A stretch of 64,000 nt of DNA from Phaeosaccion multiseriatum (Eukaryota; Protista; Ochrophyta, other classes), in the NCBI GenBank assembly GCA_965112735.1, contig OZ218954.1, positions 1,674,001 to 1,738,000 of the forward strand. Reading direction: 5' to 3'. The notes under the pieces were generated by a model, which saw nothing but the letters and a program-made list of their open reading frames with translations, searched no databases and was not told where the DNA came from. This document shows, in pieces, positions 23,402 through 45,436 of this stretch (position 1 is its first letter; each line of letters opens with the position of its first letter). The translations under genes were made by a program, and so were the position numbers.

Positions 23402-26400
23402 GGTGGGGGTGGGGGGGGGGCGGGGCAGTTGAGAAGGTGACTAGAAGAGAGGGGGCGAAACTGACAGAGGGAGAGAGAGGGACAGAAGAGAGACCGACAA
23501 GAGAGAGGTAGGCAAAGCAGAGAGGGTTGACTCTGACCTGCTGAACACGTCCTCAGAGGCCTTCTCAAAGTCTGCCCGCGAGACGGAGGTGGTGAAGTCA
23601 ATGTCCTCGTGTAGGGACTGCAGCGTGACAGGGATCTCCTTGTTGGCAGACAGCACCTCCTTCACCTTACGGGCCTGGGCTCGGATCTGGGGGAGAGGGG
23701 GGGAGAGGGAGGGAGAAGGGGAGAGGAAAGAGAGAGGGAGAGAGAGAGAGACATGGTGTGTGTGTGTGAGGGAGAGAGAGAGTGACAGAAAGAGAGGGAG
23801 AGAAGGAGAGGAGAGAGAGAGAGGAGCCCCTCCCCCACTGCTCCTCGCTCACCTTGCCCATGGGCCGCGCAAACTCCCTCACGTCCCCTCCCCCCCACTT
23901 CTTGTTGAACTCCTGTGCAAGCTTGTCCACAAGGGCCAGGTCAAGCCAAGCAGAACCCAGCGTTGTATCCCACCCTTTGCCGAGGATAGTCACCTCGCCC
24001 ACGTTCTGTGGAGGAGGAGGAGGAGGAGGAGGAGGAGGAGGAGGAGGAGGAAGAGGAGAGGGAGGAAGGAAGGCACCGTACGTACACGCGCACGCACACG
24101 CACAGGGAGAGAGAGAAACAAAGTGAGATACGGGAGACGCGAGGAGGGCCCACTAACACCCTTCCCCTCCCTCCCCTCCCCTCCGTCCTCACTCACCTTG
24201 CCCTTGACCATCTTCTTGCCGAACTTGGCCACAGTGACTTGAGCGCTGTTGGCACCCATGTTGTAGAACATAACCGTGTAGTCCTTCTCGTGCTGCTGAT
24301 CGGTAGACAGCTGGACTGCCGCAGCGGTGTTCTCATCCAACATGCTAATCAGGTGCATCCCGGACAGAGACGCAGCGTCCTACACTCGTGGGTGGGGATG
24401 GGGAGAGATGACAGAAGATGGAGGAAGAAAGCAGATGGAGGGAGAAAGGCGTGGCGGAGTGAGTAATTCAGAGCGGCGAGGCGAGGAGATCGGAAATATC
24501 ATCTCCTGCGCCCATCCTGCCTCCCTTCCTCCCTCCCTCCCTCCCTCCCTCCATGCCCTGCTCTCTCCCCCCTCTCTCCCTCCATCCCCCTTCCCTCCCT
24601 CCGTCCTTCCCTCCCTCCGTCCCTCCCCTCCCATACCTGCAGCGCTCTCCTCTCCATCTGCGTTGCGAACTCGGGCACAGTGAGCACAAAGTCCTTGACG
24701 GAGTAGCCAAAGATCTTAGTCATGTCCTGTGCACAGAGAAACGAAACAAAGAGAGAGAGGGAGAGAGAGAGAGAGCAGGGGAGAGGGGAGGACACAGAGA
24801 GACGGTTACACGGTTACACAGTTACACGCACCACAAGAGTGAGATGGGACGAGAGTCAGATAGGAGGTAGCATGAAGACAGGACGGCAACTGAGACTTCG
24901 CCGACTTGACCCCCTATGGGGAAGGGAGGGAGGTCGAGGACTGACGCGGCACATAGGCGCACACGTGCATCGCCCTCTCAGCCATACCCTCTCATACCCT
25001 CTCGCTCTCTCTCTTATCTCACACACACACTTTCTCTCTCTCACACACACTCACTCTCCTCTCTTTCTCTCTCTCACACACATACACCTATGCTCTTCTC
25101 TATCCTAAGCCCTCTCCCGTCCAGGCTTCCTCCACCCCTCCCCTCTCCCATACACCTCCGCTGTCTCTCACACCTCCTCTCCTTACCCATACACCCCCTC
25201 CTCTCCCTTTCTCCTTACCCGTGCGTGCGTGAGCACCATGGACACAAGCTCCTCCGGTGTGTACACAATCTCTTCTCCCCTGTGTGGTGTGGATTGGACG
25301 TTACACAAAATAGCATGTAAGCGAGGGAGAACAAGAAGACGAGCTTCACTCTCTAGCCCACACCCTTGGCCCATTTCCCTTTCCACTTTGGTGCCCATCC
25401 ATCCATCCATCCATCCATATGGATGGATCCATCCATCCATCCATCCATCCGATTGCTTGTTCTTTCTCCTGAGTGGGTAAAACATGAGCAGGGGGTGTGT
25501 GTGTCGTGTCGTGCACATGGCACAAAACCTCTCCCCTTGCCCTTGCCCCCCCCCCCCACACACCAGCGAGTATGAATGGTCTCTCACTATACTGTATATG
25601 CTACTAAGAAGTACTTCCACCCATTCGGACGGTCTACACGCACTTTTCTTGGATCCTGAAGGCGTGTCTCCCCTGAGTCTCGTTCCAAAACAAGTCGGTT
25701 GGCAGGCCTGAAAGGGGGAAAGGGTAGCAAGCAAAACACAGACGGTAAGAGAGAGAGAGAGAGAGGGAGAGAGAGAGGGAGGGAGAGAGGGGGAGAGAGG
25801 GAGGGAGAGAGAGGGAGAGAGGGAGAGAGAGGGAGAGAGAGGGAGGGGGGGTGGGGCGGGTGGAATGCGTGCGTGAGTGATCCTATGCCGCGCCGCAAAG
25901 AACAAGCACTGAAACGAAAGAGATACGTTTCGGCGAGCAGTCCAGCCAGGGGATCGGCAAGAAAGCAGAGAGGGTGGCGAAAGGAGGAGGGGGGTTCCGA
26001 GTCTGCGTGTTCGAACCCCTTCTGTCTCACCAATGTTATGGTACGCCTGCACGTCGGGGTGATCTGGGCCCTTGCCGAGGATGGTGGTGAGCTGTTTAGA
26101 GGCCAAAGGGGGGCGAGGGGGGAGGGCGGGGGGCGACGGTGAAGTATATGTTAGAGGCGTATTAACATGTCCGTCTGTGTGCTCTTCTTCTCCTCCTCCT
26201 CCTCATCATCATCATCATCCTCCTCCTCACCTTGGTGAATGTTTCCTTTGGCTTCCTTGTGAGCAGCAGGGCGGCATCGCTGCCAAAGGATCGCTCCCCC
26301 TTGTCAAAATTGACGGCAACCTCCGTCTTCCGCTTACTCGCTAGATTGGTCACAATCTCCATAGGCTTGCGAGGAGCCACCAGAGCCACCTGTAGCGAGA

Positions 26401-26992
26401 TATAAGGCGGCAGCACACGGGCCGGCGGAAGAGGGGTGTCGTGTCGGGGGGTGGGAGAGGGGGCGACAGCATCCGACGAGAGTTTCACAGAGCATCACGG
26501 AGCACATGGGGAAGGGGCACAAGAGAGTGGGAGAGAGTGTTAGAGAAAGAGAGGAGAGAAAGAGGTAGAAGCGAGAGCGTAAGAAGATGGATACAGAGCC
26601 TACTGTCCGCTCACCTTCATGTAGTCTACGCCCAGGTCGATACCAATCACATTGGCAGACACGCGGCTGTAGAGAGGAAGGTGGCCAAGTGGTGAGACAA
26701 GAGAGTGTTAGAAGCAGTGGGAGGAGAACGACGAGGAGGGGGAAGAGCAAAAGTAGCGGAAGAGAAAGAGGGCCTTCCTATCATCCACGGGTGGCGGCCG
26801 GCAGAATGACGGACGCCACGTTGCGCCTTCCCTTTGGCCTCCCCTGTCTCCCTTGCACTCCTCTGCTCCCTCTACACCACTACGATAACGGCCTACTTAC
26901 CTCACTGCCACCATCAATAGGGTGACAAGGAGGAGAGCGGCGGAAGCGGCTGCACCAGCCCGCCCCGTTGTTCGCTCACGGCGACTCGCCAT
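18645..26992 (-). CDS. HYOU1: ER-lumen large Hsp70-family chaperone/NEF (HYOU1/GRP170/Lhs1)
   Basis: Signal peptide (AALLLVTLLMVAVS), then VIGIDLGVDYMK|VALVAPRKPMEIVTNLASKRKT, YTPEELVSMVL, VLTVPEF, DENTAAAV, FYNMGANSAQVT, KEVLSANKE, IGGGVRTPKVQ, HLNGDESMALGAVF, LEEWLYDDG; ends KEEL* (ER retention-like). Many GT-AG introns. Confidence 0.94.
19638..19700 (+). repeat. (TAGGG)n pentamer tract in a HYOU1 intron
   Basis: About 10 GGGTA units; reads (CCCTA)n in the pre-mRNA just upstream of an acceptor. Confidence 0.85.
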
Positions 26993-27285
26993 CACGACCA
27001 CTGACCACCGGCTGCTGCCAAAAGGCGCAGAGGCGGTGTTCCCTGGTGTCCACTACCGCTGCTACTGCGCTTTTGCTGCGAGTACTGCTCTAGCTTCTTG
27101 AGAAATTGCTTTAAAGCGGTGTACGTTTGTGCCGTGTGGCATCGTTCACAGGAAAAGGCCCCGGGGTGGAAGTCTTGTGTAGCGGTTGGTGACACTCGTG
27201 TTCACAGCTGGACCATGAACTATGAACTAGAACTTCAGGTTCCCAAGTGAACTGTAGAGGCTCGTAGAGGCTGCTGGAACAGCCA

Positions 27286-28001
27286 ATGGAAAATGACGCA
27301 AGTGAGGGACCTGCCGGGATTCTGTGCCTGGCCGCTGCAGGTGCAGGGGAAGGCCGCATTCCTACCCTCATCGCCCAATGGGTCGGCATCAAGGACCTGT
27401 GCAGAATGAAGCAAGTGGGCAAGGCCTTTGCGAGGACTCTGGCCGATCGACGGGCCTGGAAAGCCTGCCTATGCGCAGGTAAAAGACTTGACTATCAACT
27501 TACTATTGCGTTGAAGAGCACGCAAGTTGGGAAAATAACTCTTCACTTTCACGCTGCATTTGGTCAACTCCTCCTCGTGCATGTATCGTATTAGGGGGGG
27601 GTATTCCCATGGAGCTTCGTTTTCCCTTTTGGCACCACGCCCTGAAGGTGGAGACCGCCAAAGGCGAAGTGCTGGCCGCACTAACCGCTGCTGCTGCGGT
27701 TGCCGGGCCTGCATCTCCTCCTCCGAGGGGGGGGGGGGCTGTGACGTCGCCCCGATCACCAGCAGCGCGCACATCATCACCCCCTTCCACTCCCCCGCGG
27801 TCGAGGGCAGGGCCAATGTCTCCCCCCCTGTCCATTCTGTCGCCCCGCTCACTGCTCTCTCCAAGTCGACGCGGCGGTGGTGGACGTAGTGAGGGAAGGC
27901 AGCAACAGAAGACATTCGATGTATACTCCAAGCACCTGTATGTGCTGTGTGCGCATCGTAACAGCATGGGGGACACAGTCGATGACGGCAACATGAGTGA
28001 T

Positions 28002-28032
<31 letters not shown>

Positions 28033-28831
28033 AGGCTGGTGGCTGTGAGAGTGGTGCTGAAGAGCAGGAGCAGGCCCTGCGAAGACGACAGAAGAAGAAA
28101 GAGCCCCATCGCAGCCTGCGTCGGCCCGAGCTGAACGTGTTCAGCGGCAAGGCAGTGCTCGCCTCTACCGGGGTCGAAGGCGAAATCCTACGCGATGTTG
28201 GAAGAACATTCCCCTCAAGGGTAAGAAGCCAGGAACAGTCTTCCTAGCTCTTTTCGTCCTCGTCCTCGTTCTCCCGCCATGCCTAAACCCCCCCCCCCTT
28301 TTCCCCTTGTCCTCGCTCCCTCCCTCCCTCCCTCCCTCCCTCCCCCGTCCCCCCTCCCCATCACACATGCGATGCCCAACAACACCCTCACGCCCCCCCC
28401 CCCCCCTTTAACTTCTTCATCACTTGTTTATTATTACGGCCTTTTCAATTGTAATTCAAATTCAAGGCCGTTTTCGCTGACTCTGAGGGAGCCGGACAGA
28501 ACATGCTCTCCAACGTCTTGAAGGCGTTGTGCAGGACCAATCCCCAAGTGGGCTATTGTCAAGGGATGAACTTCGTAGCCGGGGCACTCCTCATGGCGGG
28601 GCTGCTGAACCACCCCAACCTGCAGCCAGAGCAGGGACCTAATAGCAGTGGTAGTGGTGGTGGTGATGATAGCAGAACATCCGCGCCCGAGGAGAGTGGT
28701 GTTGTGGACCCCTCCGACGATACCATGCTGGAGCCGAGCTGGAGGAGCGGCAGAGAGCATATCGAGGTCGAGGAAGACGCGTTTTGGGTGAGTTACCCAC
28801 TCGACACACACGCAAACACACATAGAGAGAA

Positions 28832-28866
<35 letters not shown>

Positions 28867-31800
28867 CCCATACACACCGAGGTCTCTCGTTGATACGAGC
28901 CGCTCCCGCAGACAGGGGAAGTGGGGGTGTTTGGGCTACCTCAGGCCCCATTTAACACAAGTTTACTAGTGCCGCTGGTGTGCCGGACTGTGTCGTACTC
29001 TTGTCTCCTTGTCTTGTGTTTGCTCTTGACTACTCTACTTTTAACCAACCAACCACCCCCCCTCCCCCCTCCCCTTCTACCCATATGCCTCTATGCCCAT
29101 ATGCCCTAAATAGGTCCTCGTGGGCCTGAGCACTCCCCACCGCCATGTAGGCGCGGGTCTGGAGATGCAGGGGCTGTGGCTGCCCGGGGTACCTCAGATG
29201 AAGGTGAGGCGGTGAAGCCAGGGATGGCAGTAGATGGGGGGGGGGGGGGGGGGGGCAGCAGTGAGTACGATGTACTGTCTTTGTCTGTCTCCATTTCTCT
29301 CTCCTCCTTCTCACCCCGCCCCACGCCCTGCTCTCTCTCCGATCTGACATGTCTCCCTCTCCCTGCCTCCCTCCCTCCTCCCCCCCCCCCACCCCTTATA
29401 CCAGCTGAGAGTATTCCAATTCGACCGTCTGCTTGCCAAGGAGCTCCCCCGCCTGCACGGCCACTTCCGCACTATCTCCCTGCAGCTCGAGGTGTTGTGC
29501 TCCTCATGGATGCTCACGCTCTTCTCCTACAGCCTCCCCCTCCATCTTCTGCTGCCTGCCTGGGACATGATCTTCCTCGACGGATGGAAGGCCGTGTTTC
29601 GCATAGGTAGGTGGTAGCTTGGGGTGAGAGATGGAAGTGTATTGTGACTTATGGGAGTGGAACGTAAGCATACATACTTGTTATTGACTTATGGGAGTGA
29701 ACGTAAGCATGTTATTGACTGATGGGAATGATCGTGAGCATACATACTTTGCGTGTTGGGGAGGACGAAAGGACAAGAAACCGCGAAGGGTATGGTGTGG
29801 AGTGATGTGATGTGATGTGATGTGATATTGCTGCTCCTCCTCATTCTCCTCCCTCTCCTCCTCCTCCTCCTCCTCCTCCTCCTCCTCCCCCTCCTTGCTG
29901 CTACTTCCCCCCCCCCCCCTATCCCCACCCTTTCACGCACACACCAACACACACACCTGCACACCCACACCCGCCCACCCACCCCGCCCCACGCACCCAC
30001 ACACACCCACACACACCCACACACACCCACACACACCCTCACACCCACGAATGCATATGAAGGCATCTCCCGCCTCCGTGCCGCCGAGCAGCACCTCCTT
30101 CACCTTGAAGTAGAGGAGATGAGCAAGTTCTTACGTAACTTTCGTAGCCACAGCGCCCCGGACTCGCTCCGGCCTCGGGAGCTGCTGACGGCCGCTTTGG
30201 ATATTAAGATTACTCGTTCTATGCTTCAGACCTTGCAGACGGACTTTGCGGTACAGTTAATAAAGGAGCATTTGGAGGGAGGGAATAAGGGGGAGTGGCT
30301 CATGCGGTATGGGTGCAACAGCCCCGGGAGAGAGAGAGGAGGCAGTGGGGCAGGAGGAGGAGGAGGAGGAGGAGGAGGAGGAGCAGAATGGGTAGTGGTA
30401 AACAGTCCTTCTCCTCCGACGAGAGGGAGGGCCGGGCGGGAGACTACGTCTTCGAGGATCAGCAGCGGCATGGAGAGGGGGGTGGAGAGGCTGGGAGCGC
30501 GTATAGGCAGCATGAGCCCCTCAGGGATGCGGGGCCGTTTTCGAAGCCGCAGTGTATCGGGGAATGGACGCAGTCAGTCTCGGAATCGCCAAGGAGGAGG
30601 AGGAGGAGGAGGAGGAGGAGCGGGTAGGGATTCTACCTTAGGCGTAGCGGCGTTACCGCCGTCTGTGAACGGCGAAGGTGGTGGTAGTGCTGCCGGAGAG
30701 GCTGATCGAAACCAACTCGAGTCTGGCGTGGGCGGGATCGAGGTGTGTATGCGTTACCGGGGGTACACACTCACACGTGCACAAACATACACACATGCAC
30801 ACACACACGCACACACGGTTTCCATCTCGTCCTCTTTCTCTTCACACGCACTCACACGGCATCCCATCTTGGCTGCATCTACCCAACGAGCACATGCCTC
30901 CCTCATGTTATCCTTGAATCGCATTCATGACCTTCATGGAAATGCTCACACCGACTCACACGCGCACACCCTCACACGCAACCCTTTCCCTGCGCCCTCC
31001 ACTCTCCTCCTCCTCCCCTCCTCCTCCCTCCTCCTCCACCTCCTCCTCCCTCCCTCTCCTCCTCCTCCTCCTCCCGCCTCCCTGTCCTCCTCCTCCTCCT
31101 CCTCCTCCTTCTCCTCCTCCTCCTCCTCCTTCTCCCCCCCCCTCCCTCTCCTCCCTCTCCTCCTTCTCCTCCTCCTCCTCCCCCCCTCTCCTCCTCCTCC
31201 CCCTCCTCCTCCTCCCCCCTCCCTCTCCTCCTTCTCCTCCTCCTCCCACCCCAGGCGATGGTGCAAATGATGCTTCTTGACGAAGGCCTCCTAAGCCGTC
31301 TCCGCCAAGAGCTGCAGAGCAGAAAGGCACCCCTGCTTGTGGACACTCGGGTTTACCAAAGCAAGATTGAGGCAGCCACAGCAGCACAGGAGAGGCTGAC
31401 AGAGGAGAGCAACCGCCTCTCCTTGCTGCTCTACCACTCTCGACTCGAGATGGATGAGTACCTCGAGCGTAAGTCAGCGATAAAACGACAGATGCATGCG
31501 CTGCTTGTGGCGTATGAGGAGGACGAGAGGCGGCGGAGACGAGAGAGGAGGAGGAGGAGGAGGCAGCAGATACAGGGGGAGGAGGAGGGGGCGGGGATGA
31601 TGGGGTCGTCGCAGCAGCAGCAGCAGATGCAAGGGGAGGAGGAGGAAGAGCAGGAGGAGGGGGATGAGGACGGAGGGTTTGGAGGAGGGGGAGAAGGGCG
31701 AGGAAGAGGAGGCAGTGGGGTAGCGCCGGCGATGGATCGGGCGGGCACGACGATGGACGGCTTGGACATGCAACGATTGCCCGAGGCGCTGCGATTGGTG

Positions 31801-32805
31801 CTGTTGGGTAGAGCAAAAAACAACGAGGGGGGCGCTGGGCCTGGGCTGGGGCTGAGCAATGAGGTCGGGCGGCGAGGCTCTACTGACAGTGGTCATAGAC
31901 ATCGCCATCACCACACACACCGCGGGCAGCAGGATGTCCACGGCCAACAGGATGACGACGACCACGATGATGACCACGACCACCTCCGGAGGATCCATCA
32001 GCACCCGCACAGCAGCTCAGCAGACGGAGGGGCAGGGGTAGGGAGTAGGGGGTTACGACAGGCGGCGGCATCAGCAGCAGCATCAGCAGCAGCATCAGCA
32101 GCAGCAGCAGCAGCTGTATCAACTGGGGCGGCGGCGGCAGCAGCAGCATCAGCGTCGTCGTCGTCGCTCTCTCCCCCGGGGAAGCGGAGGAGTCCCCAGG
32201 GGGGGCGGATGAGGTCTGCCTCTCCCTCTCGTTGGGGGAGGGCCTCCGCGTGGTTTTCTTCCCCTTCTTCCCCGCCCTCTTCTTCCCCGCCTCGTGTTCC
32301 CTCTCCTTTGCTATTTCTCCCTCCTCCTGCTGATGCTACTGCTACTACGAATGCCACCACTGCTATTCCTGCGAGTGCAGACATCCAGCAGCAACGGCGG
32401 CAGCAGCAGCAGCCGAGAGACCAGCGGGTAGACTCGGATGACTCAATTTACGTACATGTGCGGCAAGAGGAAGTGGACCTACAGCGTAACCGTCGACGCG
32501 ATCAGCTCTACGAAGACCTTGAAGGACTGGCACTCAAACTGTCTGAGGCCCAGGCCCAAGCAGCCGACAAGCACCGTGCGTACGCGATGGTGTTTCGCGC
32601 CCACGAACACGCCCAAATAGAGGCAGAGGAGGCCCAACAAGTCACACAGTCGCTGAGCTCTCAACTCATGCAGCTCATCACGCAGCAGGAGGCGCACGAG
32701 GATGCCACACTTCGCGCCTTCACGACTACCTCTGCAGGCAGCGTGGGGTCGGGTTCGGGCTCCGGGTCGGGCTCCGGATCAGGGTCAGGGTCAGGGTCGG
32801 GGTGA
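27286..32805 (+). CDS. TBC-domain Rab GTPase-activating protein with C-terminal coiled coil (EVI5/GYP5-like)
   Basis: ILRDVGRTFP (R finger), LSNVLKAL..PQVGYCQGMNFVAGALL (Q finger), EEDAFW, WMLTLFS, WDMIFLDGWKAVFRI; long last exon ends (SG)n* at 32805. The start codon is inferred. Confidence 0.88.
29635..29750. repeat. ~35-40-bp intronic tandem repeat, 3 copies (TGACTTATGGGAGTG(G)AACGTAAGCAT)
   Basis: Visible direct repeats in a TBC gene intron. Confidence 0.85.
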
Positions 32806-33707
32806 GGGTAAGGGGGAGGGACACAGGCTCGGACTCTGAGTTGTGATGTGTGCGGGTTGGGTTGCTCTTGTGTGGTTGAGGCTCTGACTCTGGCTTTGGC
32901 TCTATAGCTTTGCCTCTAGCTTCGCCTTTGGCTTCAGCATTTGTGCAGGCTAACGTGAGGCGGAAGCACTGAATGAACTGCCTGGCCCTGGAGAGAGAAA
33001 GAGAGAGAGAAGGAGCGAGAAAAGGAGAAGAGAGAAAGGAGAGAGAGAGAGGAGGAGGAGGAGGAGGAGGAGGAGGAGATGAAGATACTTTTTATCGCCT
33101 TGGCGAGAAGCAGCAGGATTCATTCACATTGTCATTAACTTTGGTGTCTGTTTGTTTTCGGCCCCTACCCCTGCCTCCGATCCTTCATGTCTTCCCGGAT
33201 CGGTTGAGAATCAGGAATGAATGCTTTTGGAATGCTATGCTGAGCCAGCAAGTCAATAGCACTCCTCCGTCTCCTCCGTCTTCTCCACTGGATATACATC
33301 CCTATTCATCTCCCTCCCCCTTTCCTTGTTGCACAATCCCCCCGACTCCCCAGCCCCCTGTAGCTTTCGTTTCCAATCGACAAGCTTGCCCCCCCCCGTC
33401 TGGCTCTCGAAGTAGTGCGGTTAAATACGTGCCTCCTCTCTAAGACCACTCAGCTGCAACCTCAACCTTCCAAAGGTAAGGTTCAAGTCAAGAAGCCCCT
33501 GAGTTCACTCCTCCTCCTTCTTGTACTCCTCCCCCTCTCCCTCATCGTCATCCTCCCCCTCCTCCCCCTCCTCCCCCTCCTCCTCCTCCTCGTCCTCCTC
33601 CTCCTCCTCCTCCTCCTCCTCCTTCTCTCCCCCCCTCCCACTCCTCATTCTACTACTTTGATCTCTCCCCTCTTCTCCTCCTCCTCCTCCTACTACTACT
33701 ACTACTA

Positions 33708-42876
<9,169 letters not shown>

Positions 42877-43220
42877 CGTTTTCGTTTGGGGGTTGGCGGG
42901 TCTTTACAAAGGCCCGATGTGTGACTCGGTTGCGTTTTTGGCGAACTACAGCAGTTGGTTATACGTGTTCCTGCCCTCTGTCCCCATCGTCCCCCTCGGG
43001 TTAGGAAGGTAAAGGATGTATAACTTTTAACTTCTCCTCCTCCAAACACACACAGCAGGGACTATCCATACACGGCTCCTCCCCCCCTCCTCTTCCATGC
43101 TTTTTTGCCTGGGGCCTTAGACGGTGAAGGAGGAGAGCAGAGCGCGCAAAGTGCTTCAAAGAGCGTGAGGTCCTTTTCAAACGGAAGCTCTCGTAGGGTC
43201 CTGGGGCTTCCCTCCTTGCA

Positions 43221-43616
43221 ATGGAGCAGCAGCAGACGCAAGGGCTGTACCTGAGAGCGGTCTGGTCACAGAAGGGAGCGGCCCCGGCATGGGGCAACGC
43301 AGCCTGGTGGGAGAAGGAGCAGGAGGAGACTGAAGAGCAGAGGAGGAGCTTGCAGCAGCAACTGGACCAGGCCAGCGTGAGGGCGCTGCAGCAGCAGCAG
43401 CTTCATGAGCAAGAGCAGCGACGGCAGTTGCAGTTGCAAGAGGCCGAGCGGCAACGGCAAATGCAGCTAGTGCTTGGGTCGGTGCGCAACGCTGAGGAGG
43501 CTTCACTTTTGGATCGCGGCAGCAAGCGGTCCTGTGTGCGAAGAGAGGATGGAGGAGAAGAAGCTGCAGGACCAGGGAACTCCTTTGCGTTCTCGTTCAG
43601 CGGCTCCTTCAGTCCT

Positions 43617-43652
<36 letters not shown>

Positions 43653-44477
43653 GCACAACCGGGCGTGGATCAGGGGCAGCCGCCACACACAGTGAGCGAG
43701 CTCATGATGTTTCATCACACGTTTGGCGTGAGTAAGCAGACATTCGACCGTCTGCTGCTCACGATGGACAAGGCCAGGGCGTGGCTGGCCGCTGGGGGGG
43801 GTGCGGCGGCAGGGTTGGGGCAGGACGAGCAGCGATGGAGAGGCGGGTGAGTCGCCGTAGAGGGAGAGAGCACCGCACGAAGGGAGAGTGCTATCGTACC
43901 GTGTAGTAGGCTCTGCATTGCTGTTCATGACACACCCCTTTCTGTCGCTTTATTTTAGGCTCACAGGTGTGGAGGACATGGCTCCCTTTTCACGCTCCGA
44001 CCACTCGCTCTGTGACCGGCTTCATGGTGTTTTGCCCCGTTTCCCTGCCTCCCCCTCCCACCCACCCACAGGCTTCCCATGGCTCTACGCCTAAGCATGG
44101 CTTTGAGATGGGTGGGCAGCAGCAGCGTGCGAGGGGCTGGGAATGGGAATGCCGCGGCGCCAAAAGCCCTCTCTCTGCCAGCGATTGCCCAAACCTACAA
44201 TGTGGGCGTGGACGTGGCTGCGCTAGCAATCTGGGACGCCCTTCGTCTGCTACTCTTGACCCTTCCTCAGCAGCACCAGGAGCAGCTCATGGTCCCTTCT
44301 GCGACGGGGAGAGGCGGTGGAGGCTTCTCTATGCTACTGCTGGTACAGAACAAGAGACCCGACAATGTGGCGGCGTTTGGCCGATGGCACAGGTCTAACC
44401 AAGGGGCACTTGAGGCCTTTGTGAAGCAGTGCGTTGTGTTGGCCATATCACCGGAGTGGGGAGGCGGGGGAGCCTGA
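43221..44477 (+). CDS. Hypothetical protein (Gln-rich N-terminus), 2-3 exons
   Basis: The 209-aa ORF ends at a GG|GTGAGT donor (43846/7), phase-compatible with the CAG acceptor at 44071 leading into ORF 44079..44477. Head-to-head with ABCC. No family recognised. Confidence 0.5.
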
Positions 44478-45436
44478 GAGAAGGTTCTGTGGCTCTGTAC
44501 ATGGGGAGGGGGGGGGGTTGTTGAGCGCGAACCAGGCTCTATTTGCCAGAGCTGTTCAGTGCGTCCCCTCTTTCGTTGGTAGTCACCCACATTGGCCAAC
44601 ACCCGTATTGTTATCATCCCTGCTGGGCCAGAAGGAAGGACCTCCTCCAGAGAGTCCTTTCGGCAGAGTGGACGGGTGCTCCGCCTCGCCGCAGTACGGC
44701 GAAGCCCGCAACCAACCGACCGACCAACCAACCCACCTACCTGTCAACCCGCCACTACACATTTGTACAAACACGGGTGTGAGGACGCACATACATAGAG
44801 TACCATCGCGCGCGCCACGTAACTCCCTTACGTAACTCTCTTGTGAGCGGCGGCAGCAGCAGGGGGCGCACACAGGAGGGGGGGCAGAGAAGGCTTATTG
44901 TTCCTGTATATACGATTTGGGGGGGGTGGGAGGGGGGGGGTTGCATTTGCCTGTCCCTCTCTCCCCCCTTCCCCACCCCTGTGCCTTGACGGATCGAATC
45001 GCTTGTGAATGGTGTCCCACGAGGAGGAAGATGCACATCCAGGTTTATATATATGTTTAGTACTTACGTGTCCAAAGACAAGAGAGATCGAAAAAGAAGA
45101 AAGAGCAAGAGAAACAAAACATACACAGCAACATCACATCAAACAAAAGCTCAAATACAAGTAGATGTAATGAACAGCACTTCTTCTTGACAAATCAATC
45201 CTACGATTGCTAGCCATTGAGAGAGCGAGCGCTTTTGTTGCTCCCATTTCCTTTTGTACAGCAGGACAAAACAGACAGGCATCATTTTTTATACATGACC
45301 ATGAGGCTTGAGAATAAAACGAAGAGCGTTGAGAGGGAAAGGCCAATCAAGCCAGGAGGCAAGTACACCTCCCTCGTCTCACCACCCACCAACCGCACCA
45401 GTACATCAATCAGCCAACACCTCCCTTCCATACAAG

